This document shows positions 19,695 to 28,544 of a stretch of 64,000 nucleotides of DNA, piece by piece. A program made the position numbers and the translations under genes. Under the pieces are notes generated by a model. It was given only the letters and a program-made list of their open reading frames with translations, made no database searches and was not told where the DNA came from. The stretch's first letter is position 1, and the number at the start of each line of letters is the position of its first letter. Source of the DNA: Candidatus Woesearchaeota archaeon (GTDB lineage Archaea > Nanobdellota > Nanobdellia > Pacearchaeales > UBA284); the NCBI GenBank assembly GCA_964493265.1, contig CAZBLY010000001.1:28119-92118 (forward strand), read 5' to 3'.

Positions 19695-20810
19695 ATGGGT
19701 GAAGAAACAGAAAAAAATCAAAAAGAAGAAAAAGAAACTAATGAACATAAAGCAGAAAGAGAGAGATATGAAAGAGAATTAGATGAACTTTTTGAAGTAA
19801 TTAAACTTGTAACCCCTGGAACAGAATTGAGAGCAGCAATAGATGATATAGCAAAAACCGGCCACGGAGGTCTTATTGTTATTGGAAACAGCCCCGAAGT
19901 TCTTAAAATTATCAACGGGGGATTTAAGATTGATTGCAAATTTGTTCCGCAAAAACTTGTTGAATTAAGCAAGATGGATGGAGCAATTATTCTTTCTGAT
20001 GATTTAAATAAAATTGTTTATTGCAACACTCTATTAGTTCCTGATTATACTATTGATACAAATGAAACTGGAACAAGATTTAAAGCAGCTGAGAGAACAG
20101 CCAAACACACATCCAGGCCAGTTTTAGCAATTTCTGAAAAAAGAAAAACAATATCCCTATATTATAAAAATACAAAATATGATTTAAGAAATACTGGAGA
20201 AATTCTTAATAAAGCTGTAGAAACTATGAGAATGCTAGAAAAACATAAAGAAATACTGGATGAACTTCTTGTTAATTTAAATGTTCTTGAATTTAATAAT
20301 CTAGTAACTCTAAAAGACATTGTTTCTTGCATCCAAAGAATGGAAATTATATCAAAGATCAGTGAACAAATCAAAAGATATCTCATTGAATTGGGAAGTG
20401 AAGGGAATATGGTTAAAATTCTGCTCAAAGAAGTAATTAAAGGAATAGGAATAGAAAAAGACCTCATTCTTAAAGATTATAGTAGAAATTGGGAATTTAC
20501 TAAAACCGCCCTGCCAACCCTAACTTTTGATGATCTTGGAGAATCAGAAAATATTGTAAGAGTTCTTCTTTATTCAAGTTTTTCAGATTCTGTCATTCCA
20601 ATAGGTCATCGTTTACTTTCAAAAATTTCCATAAATGAAGAATCAAAAGAAAGTCTTATATTACATCTTAAAAATCTTCCAACAATTTTAAATCTTGCAG
20701 CAACAGATCAAAATAAATTAGATGGCCTTATAGGGGAAAAAGATACAAAAAAAATGATTAAAGAGTTAAATACTCTAAAAGATTATGCTCTTATTGGTAA
20801 AAAGATTTAA
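19695..20810 (+). CDS. disA: DisA-like diadenylate cyclase / DNA integrity scanning protein
   Basis: PGT.LR, ELSKMDGAIILS, ETGTRFKAAERTA, linker and degenerate HhH. Confidence 0.88.
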   Translation: MGEETEKNQKEEKETNEHKAERERYERELDELFEVIKLVTPGTELRAAIDDIAKTGHGGLIVIGNSPEVLKIINGGFKIDCKFVPQKLVELSKMDGAIILSDDLNKIVYCNTLLVPDYTIDTNETGTRFKAAERTAKHTSRPVLAISEKRKTISLYYKNTKYDLRNTGEILNKAVETMRMLEKHKEILDELLVNLNVLEFNNLVTLKDIVSCIQRMEIISKISEQIKRYLIELGSEGNMVKILLKEVIKGIGIEKDLILKDYSRNWEFTKTALPTLTFDDLGESENIVRVLLYSSFSDSVIPIGHRLLSKISINEESKESLILHLKNLPTILNLAATDQNKLDGLIGEKDTKKMIKELNTLKDYALIGKKI

Positions 20811-20871
20811 AATATAGATTTAAAACATATATTTAAAATAAAAAACAAACAAAATTAAATAAATTATTAAA

Positions 20872-21921
20872 ATGCTCACTTCAAAACAAATAGATGAATT
20901 TAGAAATATCCTGCAAAAAACCCAAAACCCTCTTTTTTTGTTTGATGATGATGTTGATGGTCTTACATCTTTTCTTCTTTTAGCAAGTTTTTGTGGAAAA
21001 GGAAAAGGGGTTGCAATAAAAAGTTCTCCTGATTTAAACGAGTCTTATATTCGAAAGTTGCATGAATTTAACCCAGATTATGTTTTTATTCTTGACAAAC
21101 CTTTAGTAAGCAAAGAATTTATAGAAAGAACTAAAGAAATTGGGCTTCCAATTATGTGGTTAGATCATCATCCAAAACCACAAAATGCAGATGATGAAGG
21201 AATTTTATATTTTAATCCTTTAATATCCCTAAAACCAAGTCATGAACCAACATCTTATTTGGCTTATAAAATAACAAAGAAAAAAGAAGATGAATGGATA
21301 GCAATGATAGGTTGTATAGCTGACTGGTTTATTCCTGATTTTGCTGATTCTTTCTCTAAAAAATATCCTGATTTATTCACAAAGACCACAGACCCTGCAA
21401 AAGCACTTTATGAAACAGAAATTGGGAAAATAGTAAAAATGCTAAGTTTTGCTCTCAAAGACAGAACAAGTGTTGTAGTTCAAATGTTAAAAAACCTTCT
21501 AACATTAAAAGGGCCTCGTGAAATTTTAGATATTACAAATAAAACTACCAGCATTCATAAAAGATATAAACAAATAAATCAAAAATATGAAAAACTTTTA
21601 AATAAGGCAAAAGATATTGCAAAAACAACTAAAAATAAAAAGTTTTTATTTTTTCAATATGGTGGCGAATTAAGTATTAGTTCAGAGCTTTCTAATGAAC
21701 TTAGTTATTTTTATCCAGATAGAGTGGTTTTAGTTGCATATATAAAAGGAACAAAAGTAAATGCATCTATCAGGGGAAAAACAGATGTTAGAGAACTAAT
21801 GAATAAAGGTCTTGAAGGAATAGAAAGCAGTCATGGCGGGCATAAAAATGCTTCAGGAGCCACCTTACATGTTGAAGACCTCCCAAAATTTAGGGATAGG
21901 CTGACTAAACTATTAAAATAA
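20872..21921 (+). CDS. DHH/DHHA1 family phosphoesterase
   Basis: DDDVDG, ILD, LDHH, IADW, GGHKNASG. Confidence 0.9.
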   Translation: MLTSKQIDEFRNILQKTQNPLFLFDDDVDGLTSFLLLASFCGKGKGVAIKSSPDLNESYIRKLHEFNPDYVFILDKPLVSKEFIERTKEIGLPIMWLDHHPKPQNADDEGILYFNPLISLKPSHEPTSYLAYKITKKKEDEWIAMIGCIADWFIPDFADSFSKKYPDLFTKTTDPAKALYETEIGKIVKMLSFALKDRTSVVVQMLKNLLTLKGPREILDITNKTTSIHKRYKQINQKYEKLLNKAKDIAKTTKNKKFLFFQYGGELSISSELSNELSYFYPDRVVLVAYIKGTKVNASIRGKTDVRELMNKGLEGIESSHGGHKNASGATLHVEDLPKFRDRLTKLLK

Positions 21922-21936
21922 AAAATAGCCAAAAAG

Positions 21937-21964
21937 AATTCGCTAAAAGTGTGTTATGTCTAAT
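21937..21964 (+). other. dif-like Xer recombination site candidate AATTCGCTAAA-AGTGTG-TTATGTCTAAT
   Basis: 11-6-11 layout; right arm matches the E. coli XerD arm TTATGTTAAAT at 9/11, left arm the XerC arm at 6/11. Confidence 0.55.
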
Positions 21965-21977
21965 TGATCGGCGGCAC

Positions 21978-22298
21978 TTAAGAATATTTTTTGAAAATTA
22001 ACTCCAACCTTCTATCAAGAGAAAACATATCAAATTCTAATAAGTCATCCTGAATACTAATAAGTTTTTCTTTATCGTCTTGGTATGTTAACAGAGGATT
22101 CATGTCTAGTTGATCATCACTGTCGCGAATAGGCTCACCATCTGATCCAAGAGGCTCAAATGATCTAATATCCAAATAACAAGCATTCCTTGGAACGCGA
22201 AGTATTATTTTATCATTGCAAACATTATCTAATGTTAGATGCAGTGGAACTTCCACGTTTTTTCCTTGGTATTCTTTTGGAATAATATAATCAGGCAT
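21978..22298 (-). CDS. Hypothetical acidic orphan between two dif-like sites
   Basis: 106-aa ATG ORF; shares motifs with the 25535..26149 product. Confidence 0.7.
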   Translation of the reverse strand: MPDYIIPKEYQGKNVEVPLHLTLDNVCNDKIILRVPRNACYLDIRSFEPLGSDGEPIRDSDDQLDMNPLLTYQDDKEKLISIQDDLLEFDMFSLDRRLELIFKKYS

Positions 22299-22347
22299 AA
22301 AATAAAATATTTTTTAATCTTAATAAATCTTGCTCCACCTTGCAACC

Positions 22348-22408
22348 CAAAATCCCTCTGATTTTGCCCTCACAAGTTCAGGGACGCCTAACAGCAATTA
22401 ATCTCAAC
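22348..22408 (+). other. Two hairpins followed by a second dif-like site GGGACGCCTAA-CAGCAA-TTAATCTCAAC
   Basis: CAAAATC-CCTCT-GATTTTG and CCCT-N9-AGGG stems; left arm matches the E. coli XerC arm GGTGCGCATAA at 8/11, right arm XerD at 6/11. Confidence 0.45.
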
Positions 22409-22470
22409 TATAAAAAACCTTAAAAAACTTTAAAAACAACTCTTTCTTACTATTATAGAGGAGAAAAACG

Positions 22471-23016
22471 ATGGGATTAAGAAAAGGTCATTGTTATAAT
22501 AAAATTACTAGACGTCCATATACTCGGAAAAGCAAGGTTAGAACTAAGAGTTATATTAAGACAAGTCCGCCTAATAAAATTGCAAAATATGTTATGGGCG
22601 ACATTCCTGGATTTTTTAACAATAAATATCCTGTTTCTATTTCTCTTATAGCTCTAGAACCAGTACAAATTAGAGATAATTCATTAGAAGCTTCTAGACA
22701 AGTTATTACTAGACATTTAGAAAAAAAATTCAAAGGAGCTTTTTATTTTGTTGTTAGTGCTTATCCTCATCATATCCTTAGAGAAAATAAAATGTTAACA
22801 GGTGCTGGAGCAGATAGAATGCAGACAGGAATGCAGCAAAGTTTTGGAAAACCAGTTGGTATAGCTGCAAGAGTCAAGGCAGGTGGAAAAATCTTTACTG
22901 TAATGTGTAATAAAAGTGGTGTTCCTATAGTAAGAAAAATTTTCGCAAAAGTAAAATCAAAAATCCCAGGTAAAAAATCCGTTATAGTCAAAGAAATAAA
23001 GAAAATTAAAAAATAA
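22471..23016 (+). CDS. rpl10e: 50S ribosomal protein L10e/uL16
   Basis: QIRDNSLEASR, YPHHILRENKM, GADRMQTGM..SFGKP. Confidence 0.96.
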   Translation: MGLRKGHCYNKITRRPYTRKSKVRTKSYIKTSPPNKIAKYVMGDIPGFFNNKYPVSISLIALEPVQIRDNSLEASRQVITRHLEKKFKGAFYFVVSAYPHHILRENKMLTGAGADRMQTGMQQSFGKPVGIAARVKAGGKIFTVMCNKSGVPIVRKIFAKVKSKIPGKKSVIVKEIKKIKK

Positions 23017-23058
23017 AACCAGAATCCATCAACCAAAAAAGAGGCAAGGCCAAAACAT

Positions 23059-25509
23059 ATGGAAGAAATAGATAAGAACAAAGAAGATAAAAATAAAGAG
23101 ATGTGGCAAGAAGGAGAGCCTCAAAAAATTGTTGATAGTTCTCGTAATATTGTATGGCTTTCTGAAATTGGAAAAAAAGATATAAATATTGCAGGCGGAA
23201 AAGGAGCCAATCTTGCTGAAATGTATAATGCAGAATTACCAGTTCCACCAGCTTTTATTATTACAGCCCAAGCTTATCAAAATTTCATTGAATATTCTAA
23301 AATCAAAGATAAAATTCTTGAAATAGCAAACAGTATTAATCTTGAAAATACGCAAGAATTAGAAGAGAAATCAAAAGAAATTAGAAATTTAATAATTAAA
23401 GCAGAAATGCCGGAAAAATTAAAAAAAGAAATTATTGAATCTTATTCTAATATAAATGTTGATAGGGCTGCTCTTGAAGAAGCATCCTCAGATGCCTTAG
23501 GAATTATTAGAGCAGCAAAAGAGCCATGTTTTGTTGCAGTAAGAAGTTCAGCTACAACAGAAGATCTTAGCACAGCAAGTTTTGCAGGACAACAAGATAC
23601 TTTTCTAAATATCAAAGGGAATAAAGATCTTCTTGAATCAATTAAAAAATGTTGGGCATCTTTATTCACAGCAAGAGCAACATATTATAGAACAAGAAAA
23701 GGATTTTCCCATGAAAACAGTTTTATTGCGGTAGTTATTCAAAAAATGATTAATTCTGAAAAATCTGGTGTTACATTTACAATCAATCCATTAACAAACA
23801 ATAAAGAAGAGATAATTATTGAAGCTGTTTTTGGTTTGGGCGAAGGAATTGTTTCAGGAACAATAGAACCAGATAGTTATGTTATAGATAAAAAAAATCT
23901 CAGACTTAAGAAAAAAAGAATTGGAAATAAAAAACTCTCTTTTATGAGGGCAGCCAGTGGAGAAACCATTAAAAAAGAAGTTCCAGAAAAAATTTGGAAA
24001 AAAGAAGTTCTCGATGGTCTTGAACTAAGAAAATTATCCAATTATGCTATAAAAATTGAAGAACACTATAAATGGCCCCAAGATATTGAATGGGCAATAG
24101 AAGGCGGCCATATTTATATTGTTCAAAGTCGGCCAGTCACAACAATTGAAAAAGAAATAAAAGAAACCAAACAAATAGAAGGACAAGAATTATTAAAAGG
24201 GTTAGCAGCCTCCCCAGGTTTAGTATCTGGAAAAGTAAAAATTATCCATAATCTATCTGAATTATCAAAAATTCAAAAAGGCGACATACTTGTAACAAAA
24301 ATGACAAATCCAGACATGGTTGTTACAATGCAAAAAGCTTTAGCAATAGTAACAGATGAAGGTGGCTTAACCTGTCATGCAGCTATAATATCTCGTGAAA
24401 TTGGGGTTCCAGCCATAGTAGGAACGAAAAAAGCAACACAAATTCTTAAAGATGGCCAAATAATTACAGTAGATGGAAGACGCGGTAAAATCTATAAAGG
24501 AACAATAGAAACAATAGAGAAACCATCAGAAGAATCAATAGAAAAAGAAGAGAAAGAAAAGCCTGCTGAACAAATAAAAGTTCCATTAATACCTAAACAT
24601 GTTAAAGAAGCTTATGAACAAGTAAGGGCTAAAAAATATGAAAGAATAAAACCATTAGTTAAGGTTAATTGTGATATTCCAGACGTTGTAGAAAGAGCTG
24701 TTGCAACAGAACCAGATGGTGTTGGTCTTGTTAGAATAGAATTTATTATTGCTCAAGGAAGAATACATCCAGCAGAATTTATAAGAAGAAAAGAACAAGA
24801 TAAATATACAGATATTCTTGTCAAAGGAATAGAAAAAATAGCCAAAGCATTTCAAGGCAAGCCAGTTTGGGTAAGAACATCTGATATAAGAACAGATGAA
24901 TATAGGGGGCTTGAAGGAGCAAACAATGAACCAAGAGAAAGCAATCCAATGATAGGATGGCATGGCATTCGTCGAGGATTAGATGAACCAGAGCTTCTCA
25001 AGGCAGAATTACAAGCAATAAAAAAACTTCATGAAAAAGGTTATAAAAATGTTGGGGTTATGGTTCCTTTTCTAATTAATGTTGATGAGCTGAAAAAAGC
25101 TAAAGCTATGATGAATTCAATAGGGCTTCAACCAGGCAAAGATGTTGAATTTGGTATCATGATTGAAACTCCCGCATCTTGCTGGATAATTGAAGATTTA
25201 TGCAAAGAAGGAATAGACTTTATTTCTTTTGGAACAAATGACCTCACCCAACTTAGCCTTGGAATAGATAGAAATAATGAAAGACTTGCTCGAAATTACA
25301 ATGAAATGCATCCAAGCATTATTGGACAAATAACTCAAGTAATACACATCTGTCAAAAATATAATGTTCAAACATCTATCTGCGGCCAGGCAGGATCAAT
25401 TCCAGCAATGGCGCGATTCCTGACAAAACAAGGAATAACTAGTATCTCAGCCAACATTGATTCAGTTGCCCTCATCAGAGATGCTGTCAATGATGCTTTT
25501 AAGAATTAA
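23059..25509 (+). CDS. ppsA: Phosphoenolpyruvate synthase
   Basis: GGKGANL, AVRSSAT.ED, SFAGQ, GGLTCHAAI, FGTNDLTQ, SICGQA. Confidence 0.96.
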   Translation: MEEIDKNKEDKNKEMWQEGEPQKIVDSSRNIVWLSEIGKKDINIAGGKGANLAEMYNAELPVPPAFIITAQAYQNFIEYSKIKDKILEIANSINLENTQELEEKSKEIRNLIIKAEMPEKLKKEIIESYSNINVDRAALEEASSDALGIIRAAKEPCFVAVRSSATTEDLSTASFAGQQDTFLNIKGNKDLLESIKKCWASLFTARATYYRTRKGFSHENSFIAVVIQKMINSEKSGVTFTINPLTNNKEEIIIEAVFGLGEGIVSGTIEPDSYVIDKKNLRLKKKRIGNKKLSFMRAASGETIKKEVPEKIWKKEVLDGLELRKLSNYAIKIEEHYKWPQDIEWAIEGGHIYIVQSRPVTTIEKEIKETKQIEGQELLKGLAASPGLVSGKVKIIHNLSELSKIQKGDILVTKMTNPDMVVTMQKALAIVTDEGGLTCHAAIISREIGVPAIVGTKKATQILKDGQIITVDGRRGKIYKGTIETIEKPSEESIEKEEKEKPAEQIKVPLIPKHVKEAYEQVRAKKYERIKPLVKVNCDIPDVVERAVATEPDGVGLVRIEFIIAQGRIHPAEFIRRKEQDKYTDILVKGIEKIAKAFQGKPVWVRTSDIRTDEYRGLEGANNEPRESNPMIGWHGIRRGLDEPELLKAELQAIKKLHEKGYKNVGVMVPFLINVDELKKAKAMMNSIGLQPGKDVEFGIMIETPASCWIIEDLCKEGIDFISFGTNDLTQLSLGIDRNNERLARNYNEMHPSIIGQITQVIHICQKYNVQTSICGQAGSIPAMARFLTKQGITSISANIDSVALIRDAVNDAFKN

Positions 25510-25534
25510 GATTTAAAATTTTTTGTTTTTATTT

Positions 25535-26149
25535 TTATTTTTTATTAAAATAAAAATTATCACTTCGCCTAAATGGAAAATCCTTACTATATTTTGTTGG
25601 TAGTAATCTCATTTTATCATTTATTAAACTAGGATCTCTAATAGTGTTGCCTTTATTATCTAATGGTTCTAAAGAAATATTGACAAAATCATGCGTATCT
25701 AAACAAAAATAAAGTGGAATAGCTTTGACTGTCTTTACTAAGTCTCTAGCTTTTTTTGCCTCTTGTACATTTATCTTTTTATCTATAATCCCAAAACACA
25801 GATATGGGTTCTTAATGCATTTTTTCTTCTCTTCTTCAAACATAGAACTACCTATTAAAAGATGTTCTTGATAATTTAAAAAATCAGACGCAGGTCTATA
25901 ACCTTTATCATAAAGAGTTTTTTCCACTTGTTTAATTAATTCCGTATATCTTTCTCTATCCTTCTCAAGTAAATGATTAAAGTAAAATTTATATCTAGAC
26001 AATCCCAGCAAAGAAATTTTGTGAGTTGGAATACTAGAATCAAAACATTTTTCTAAATAGTTTAATGCATCTTTAGCTGAATCTGAATGGGGTTTAGATT
26101 TAATTTTCCCTAATATTTCTTTAAATTCAACTAAGATCTGATTAGTCAT
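25535..26149 (-). CDS. Hypothetical orphan protein
   Basis: 204-aa ORF, TTTATAAA at 26171; C-terminus resembles the 21978..22298 product. Confidence 0.7.
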   Translation of the reverse strand: MTNQILVEFKEILGKIKSKPHSDSAKDALNYLEKCFDSSIPTHKISLLGLSRYKFYFNHLLEKDRERYTELIKQVEKTLYDKGYRPASDFLNYQEHLLIGSSMFEEEKKKCIKNPYLCFGIIDKKINVQEAKKARDLVKTVKAIPLYFCLDTHDFVNISLEPLDNKGNTIRDPSLINDKMRLLPTKYSKDFPFRRSDNFYFNKK

Positions 26150-26288
26150 TTAATTATATAAAAAGACAGATTTATAAATTTATGGTATTGTTACGCCTCT
26201 AAAATAATAACATTAATCATACACAAACCCACAACTAAAAAAATAATAAACTTTAAAAATATCTTTCAATTAAAAGATATAGAAAAAA

Positions 26289-26339
26289 ATGGAATTACAA
26301 TCAAGATTGCTTAAAGCTTTAGCAATTCCAATTTATTAA
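26289..26339 (+). CDS. Possible 16-aa leader peptide MELQSRLLKALAIPIY
   Basis: ATG ORF just downstream of the TATA at 26252, upstream of DHS. Confidence 0.25.
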   Translation: MELQSRLLKALAIPIY

Positions 26340-26415
26340 TTTTTTAGGATAATTATCTTTATTGCTATTTAAATCTATTATATAATTCATTATATATTAT
26401 AATTTTCTAAACAAG

Positions 26416-27375
26416 ATGAAAAAAGTCAAAGATTTTTTATGGAAACCTGGCATGAATATAGAAGAATGTGTAGATAGATTTAGCAGTCTAGGATTTCAGG
26501 CAATTGAATTAAATGCAGCATCTGAAGTGGTTCTAAAAATGAAAAAAGCTAAAGCAAAGATTTTTTTAACATTTACTTCAAACATGGTAACCACTGGATT
26601 AAGAGGATTTTTTGCTCAACTAATCAAACTAAAAATAATAAATTTCATTGTCACAACATCTGGTTCAATTGAAGAAGATATAATAAAAGCTTTAGGAGAA
26701 AATTTTGAAATAACTAAATTTAATGCAGACGATGTGCATTTACATGAAAAAGGTGAAAATAGGATAGGCAACTTATTAATTAGAAATGAGAGTTATATGA
26801 AATTTGAAGACACCATATCAAACATCCTAGATAAAATATTTAAAAAAAGACAAAAAGAAAATAAAAATAAGAGAATTTCTGCTTCAGAACTTTTAAAAGA
26901 AATAGGTTTAATGATAGATGATGAAAATTCTATTCTTTATCAGGCAGCAAAAAATAATATATCTATTTTTTGTCCTGGAATTGCAGATAGTGCACTTGGG
27001 TTTCATCTATTTATGTATCAACAAAAACATCCTGACTTTGTTGTTGACACATTATGGGATATGAAAAAAGCCACAACAGAATTAAGTTTTGATGAAAAAA
27101 AAGGTTTAATTGCATTGGGTGGGAGTATTTCAAAACATTATGCTATTTTTTCAGCCTTATTAAGTGGCGGTCTTGATTACGCTGTCTATATGACTTCCTC
27201 TCATCAAAGTTCTGGAAGTTTTTCGGGTGCAACAACTCAAGAAGCAAAATCCTGGGGAAAAATAAAAGATGATGCAGAAGCCTCAACAGTAATCGGAGAT
27301 GTAACAATAACCTTTCCTTTAATGATGATTAATGTCCTTGAAAAATTAAAAAAACAAGGACTTCTCAAAATCTAA
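26416..27375 (+). CDS. dys: Deoxyhypusine synthase family protein
   Basis: GFQA, TSNMV, NRIGN, GGSISKH, GSFSGA..EAKSWGK, GDVTI. Confidence 0.92.
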   Translation: MKKVKDFLWKPGMNIEECVDRFSSLGFQAIELNAASEVVLKMKKAKAKIFLTFTSNMVTTGLRGFFAQLIKLKIINFIVTTSGSIEEDIIKALGENFEITKFNADDVHLHEKGENRIGNLLIRNESYMKFEDTISNILDKIFKKRQKENKNKRISASELLKEIGLMIDDENSILYQAAKNNISIFCPGIADSALGFHLFMYQQKHPDFVVDTLWDMKKATTELSFDEKKGLIALGGSISKHYAIFSALLSGGLDYAVYMTSSHQSSGSFSGATTQEAKSWGKIKDDAEASTVIGDVTITFPLMMINVLEKLKKQGLLKI

Positions 27376-27400
27376 AAAAATAAAAATAAAAAACCAAAAA

Positions 27401-28447
27401 ATGGAACCCAAATTCATTCTAAATAAAAAGAAAATTTTAGAACAATACAACAAATTAAAAGATTTGAATCTGATTGTTTCTTACAGCTACAAAACCAACC
27501 GAGAAGTGGGAAATGTTCTGCAGGATATAACAACCTGTTTTTTTTCTATTCATAATATTGAAGAAATAAATATGATTAAAGACAAGAAAAGGATCTGGTT
27601 TTTCTCTCAAGCCTGGAATGAAGAACAGATAAAAGAAATTCTAAAAAAAGGAGTAAGGGATTTTGTTATAGATGATGAAACAGATCTAAAAAAACTTTTA
27701 AATATTATAAAAAAAGAAAATATAAAAATTAATCTTAGCTTAAGAATGAAATTCCAAGAGCATAGAATTGGTTCTGGAAAATATTTTGTTTATGGCCTTT
27801 CTTCTCTAAAAATCAACAAAATTATAAATAAAATAAAAGACAATCAATTAATCCATAATCTAGGAATTCACATCCATAGAAAAAGTCAAAATACTAATGA
27901 ATGGAATATGATAGATGAATTAAAAGATTCCCTGACAAAAGAGAGTCTTAAAAGAATTAATAGTATAAATTTAGGCGGCGGGCTTCCTGTAAAATATAAA
28001 ACATATTCTGCAGAGATACTCCCCTATATTCTAAACAAACTTAAGGAAACACAACAGTTTTTACAAGAACATAATATAGAAACAATAATTGAGCCAGGAA
28101 GATTTATAGCAGCCCCAGCAATAAAACTTGAAACAGAAATTATTCAAATTAAAGAAGAAGATAATATAATCATAATAAATTGCTCTATTTATAATTCTGC
28201 TTTGGATACAGTAATTACAGATATTAGAATGTTAATAGATCAAGAACTTCCAGAAGATTCAAAAGGCCATTTTTATTTGATTAAAGGAAATACGCCAACA
28301 AGGGATGATATTTTCAGATATAAAGTAAGATTAAAGAATCCAAAAATAGGAGATAAAATAACATTTCTAAATGCCGGAGCTTATAATTATACAACAGATT
28401 TTTGTTCTCTCAAAAAATTAAAAACAATAATTGTTGAAGATTTTTGA
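27401..28447 (+). CDS. PLP-dependent Orn/Lys/Arg/DAP decarboxylase (alanine racemase fold)
   Basis: YSYKTN, HIH.KSQ, NLGGG, EPGRF, GAY. Confidence 0.88.
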   Translation: MEPKFILNKKKILEQYNKLKDLNLIVSYSYKTNREVGNVLQDITTCFFSIHNIEEINMIKDKKRIWFFSQAWNEEQIKEILKKGVRDFVIDDETDLKKLLNIIKKENIKINLSLRMKFQEHRIGSGKYFVYGLSSLKINKIINKIKDNQLIHNLGIHIHRKSQNTNEWNMIDELKDSLTKESLKRINSINLGGGLPVKYKTYSAEILPYILNKLKETQQFLQEHNIETIIEPGRFIAAPAIKLETEIIQIKEEDNIIIINCSIYNSALDTVITDIRMLIDQELPEDSKGHFYLIKGNTPTRDDIFRYKVRLKNPKIGDKITFLNAGAYNYTTDFCSLKKLKTIIVEDF

Positions 28448-28484
28448 TTGTTATTAGTTTGTTATAAAAATTCTATATTTTTAG

Positions 28485-28523
28485 TGTTACTTTTACGTAG
28501 TCACAAGAAGAAACATTTATAAA
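28485..28523 (+). promoter_or_regulatory. Operator TGTTACT-N7-AGTCACA, 10 bp gap, TATA TTTATAAA
   Basis: Near-identical to the site at 9339 with the same spacing. Confidence 0.65.
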
Positions 28524-28544
28524 TATCTTAATCTTTAATATTTT

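Noticed and set aside
22386..22392. GCCTAAC as integron attC inverse core (RYYYAAC)
   Set aside because: No matching GTTRRRY with L boxes at a plausible distance, and wrong side of the gene; dif-like geometry fits better
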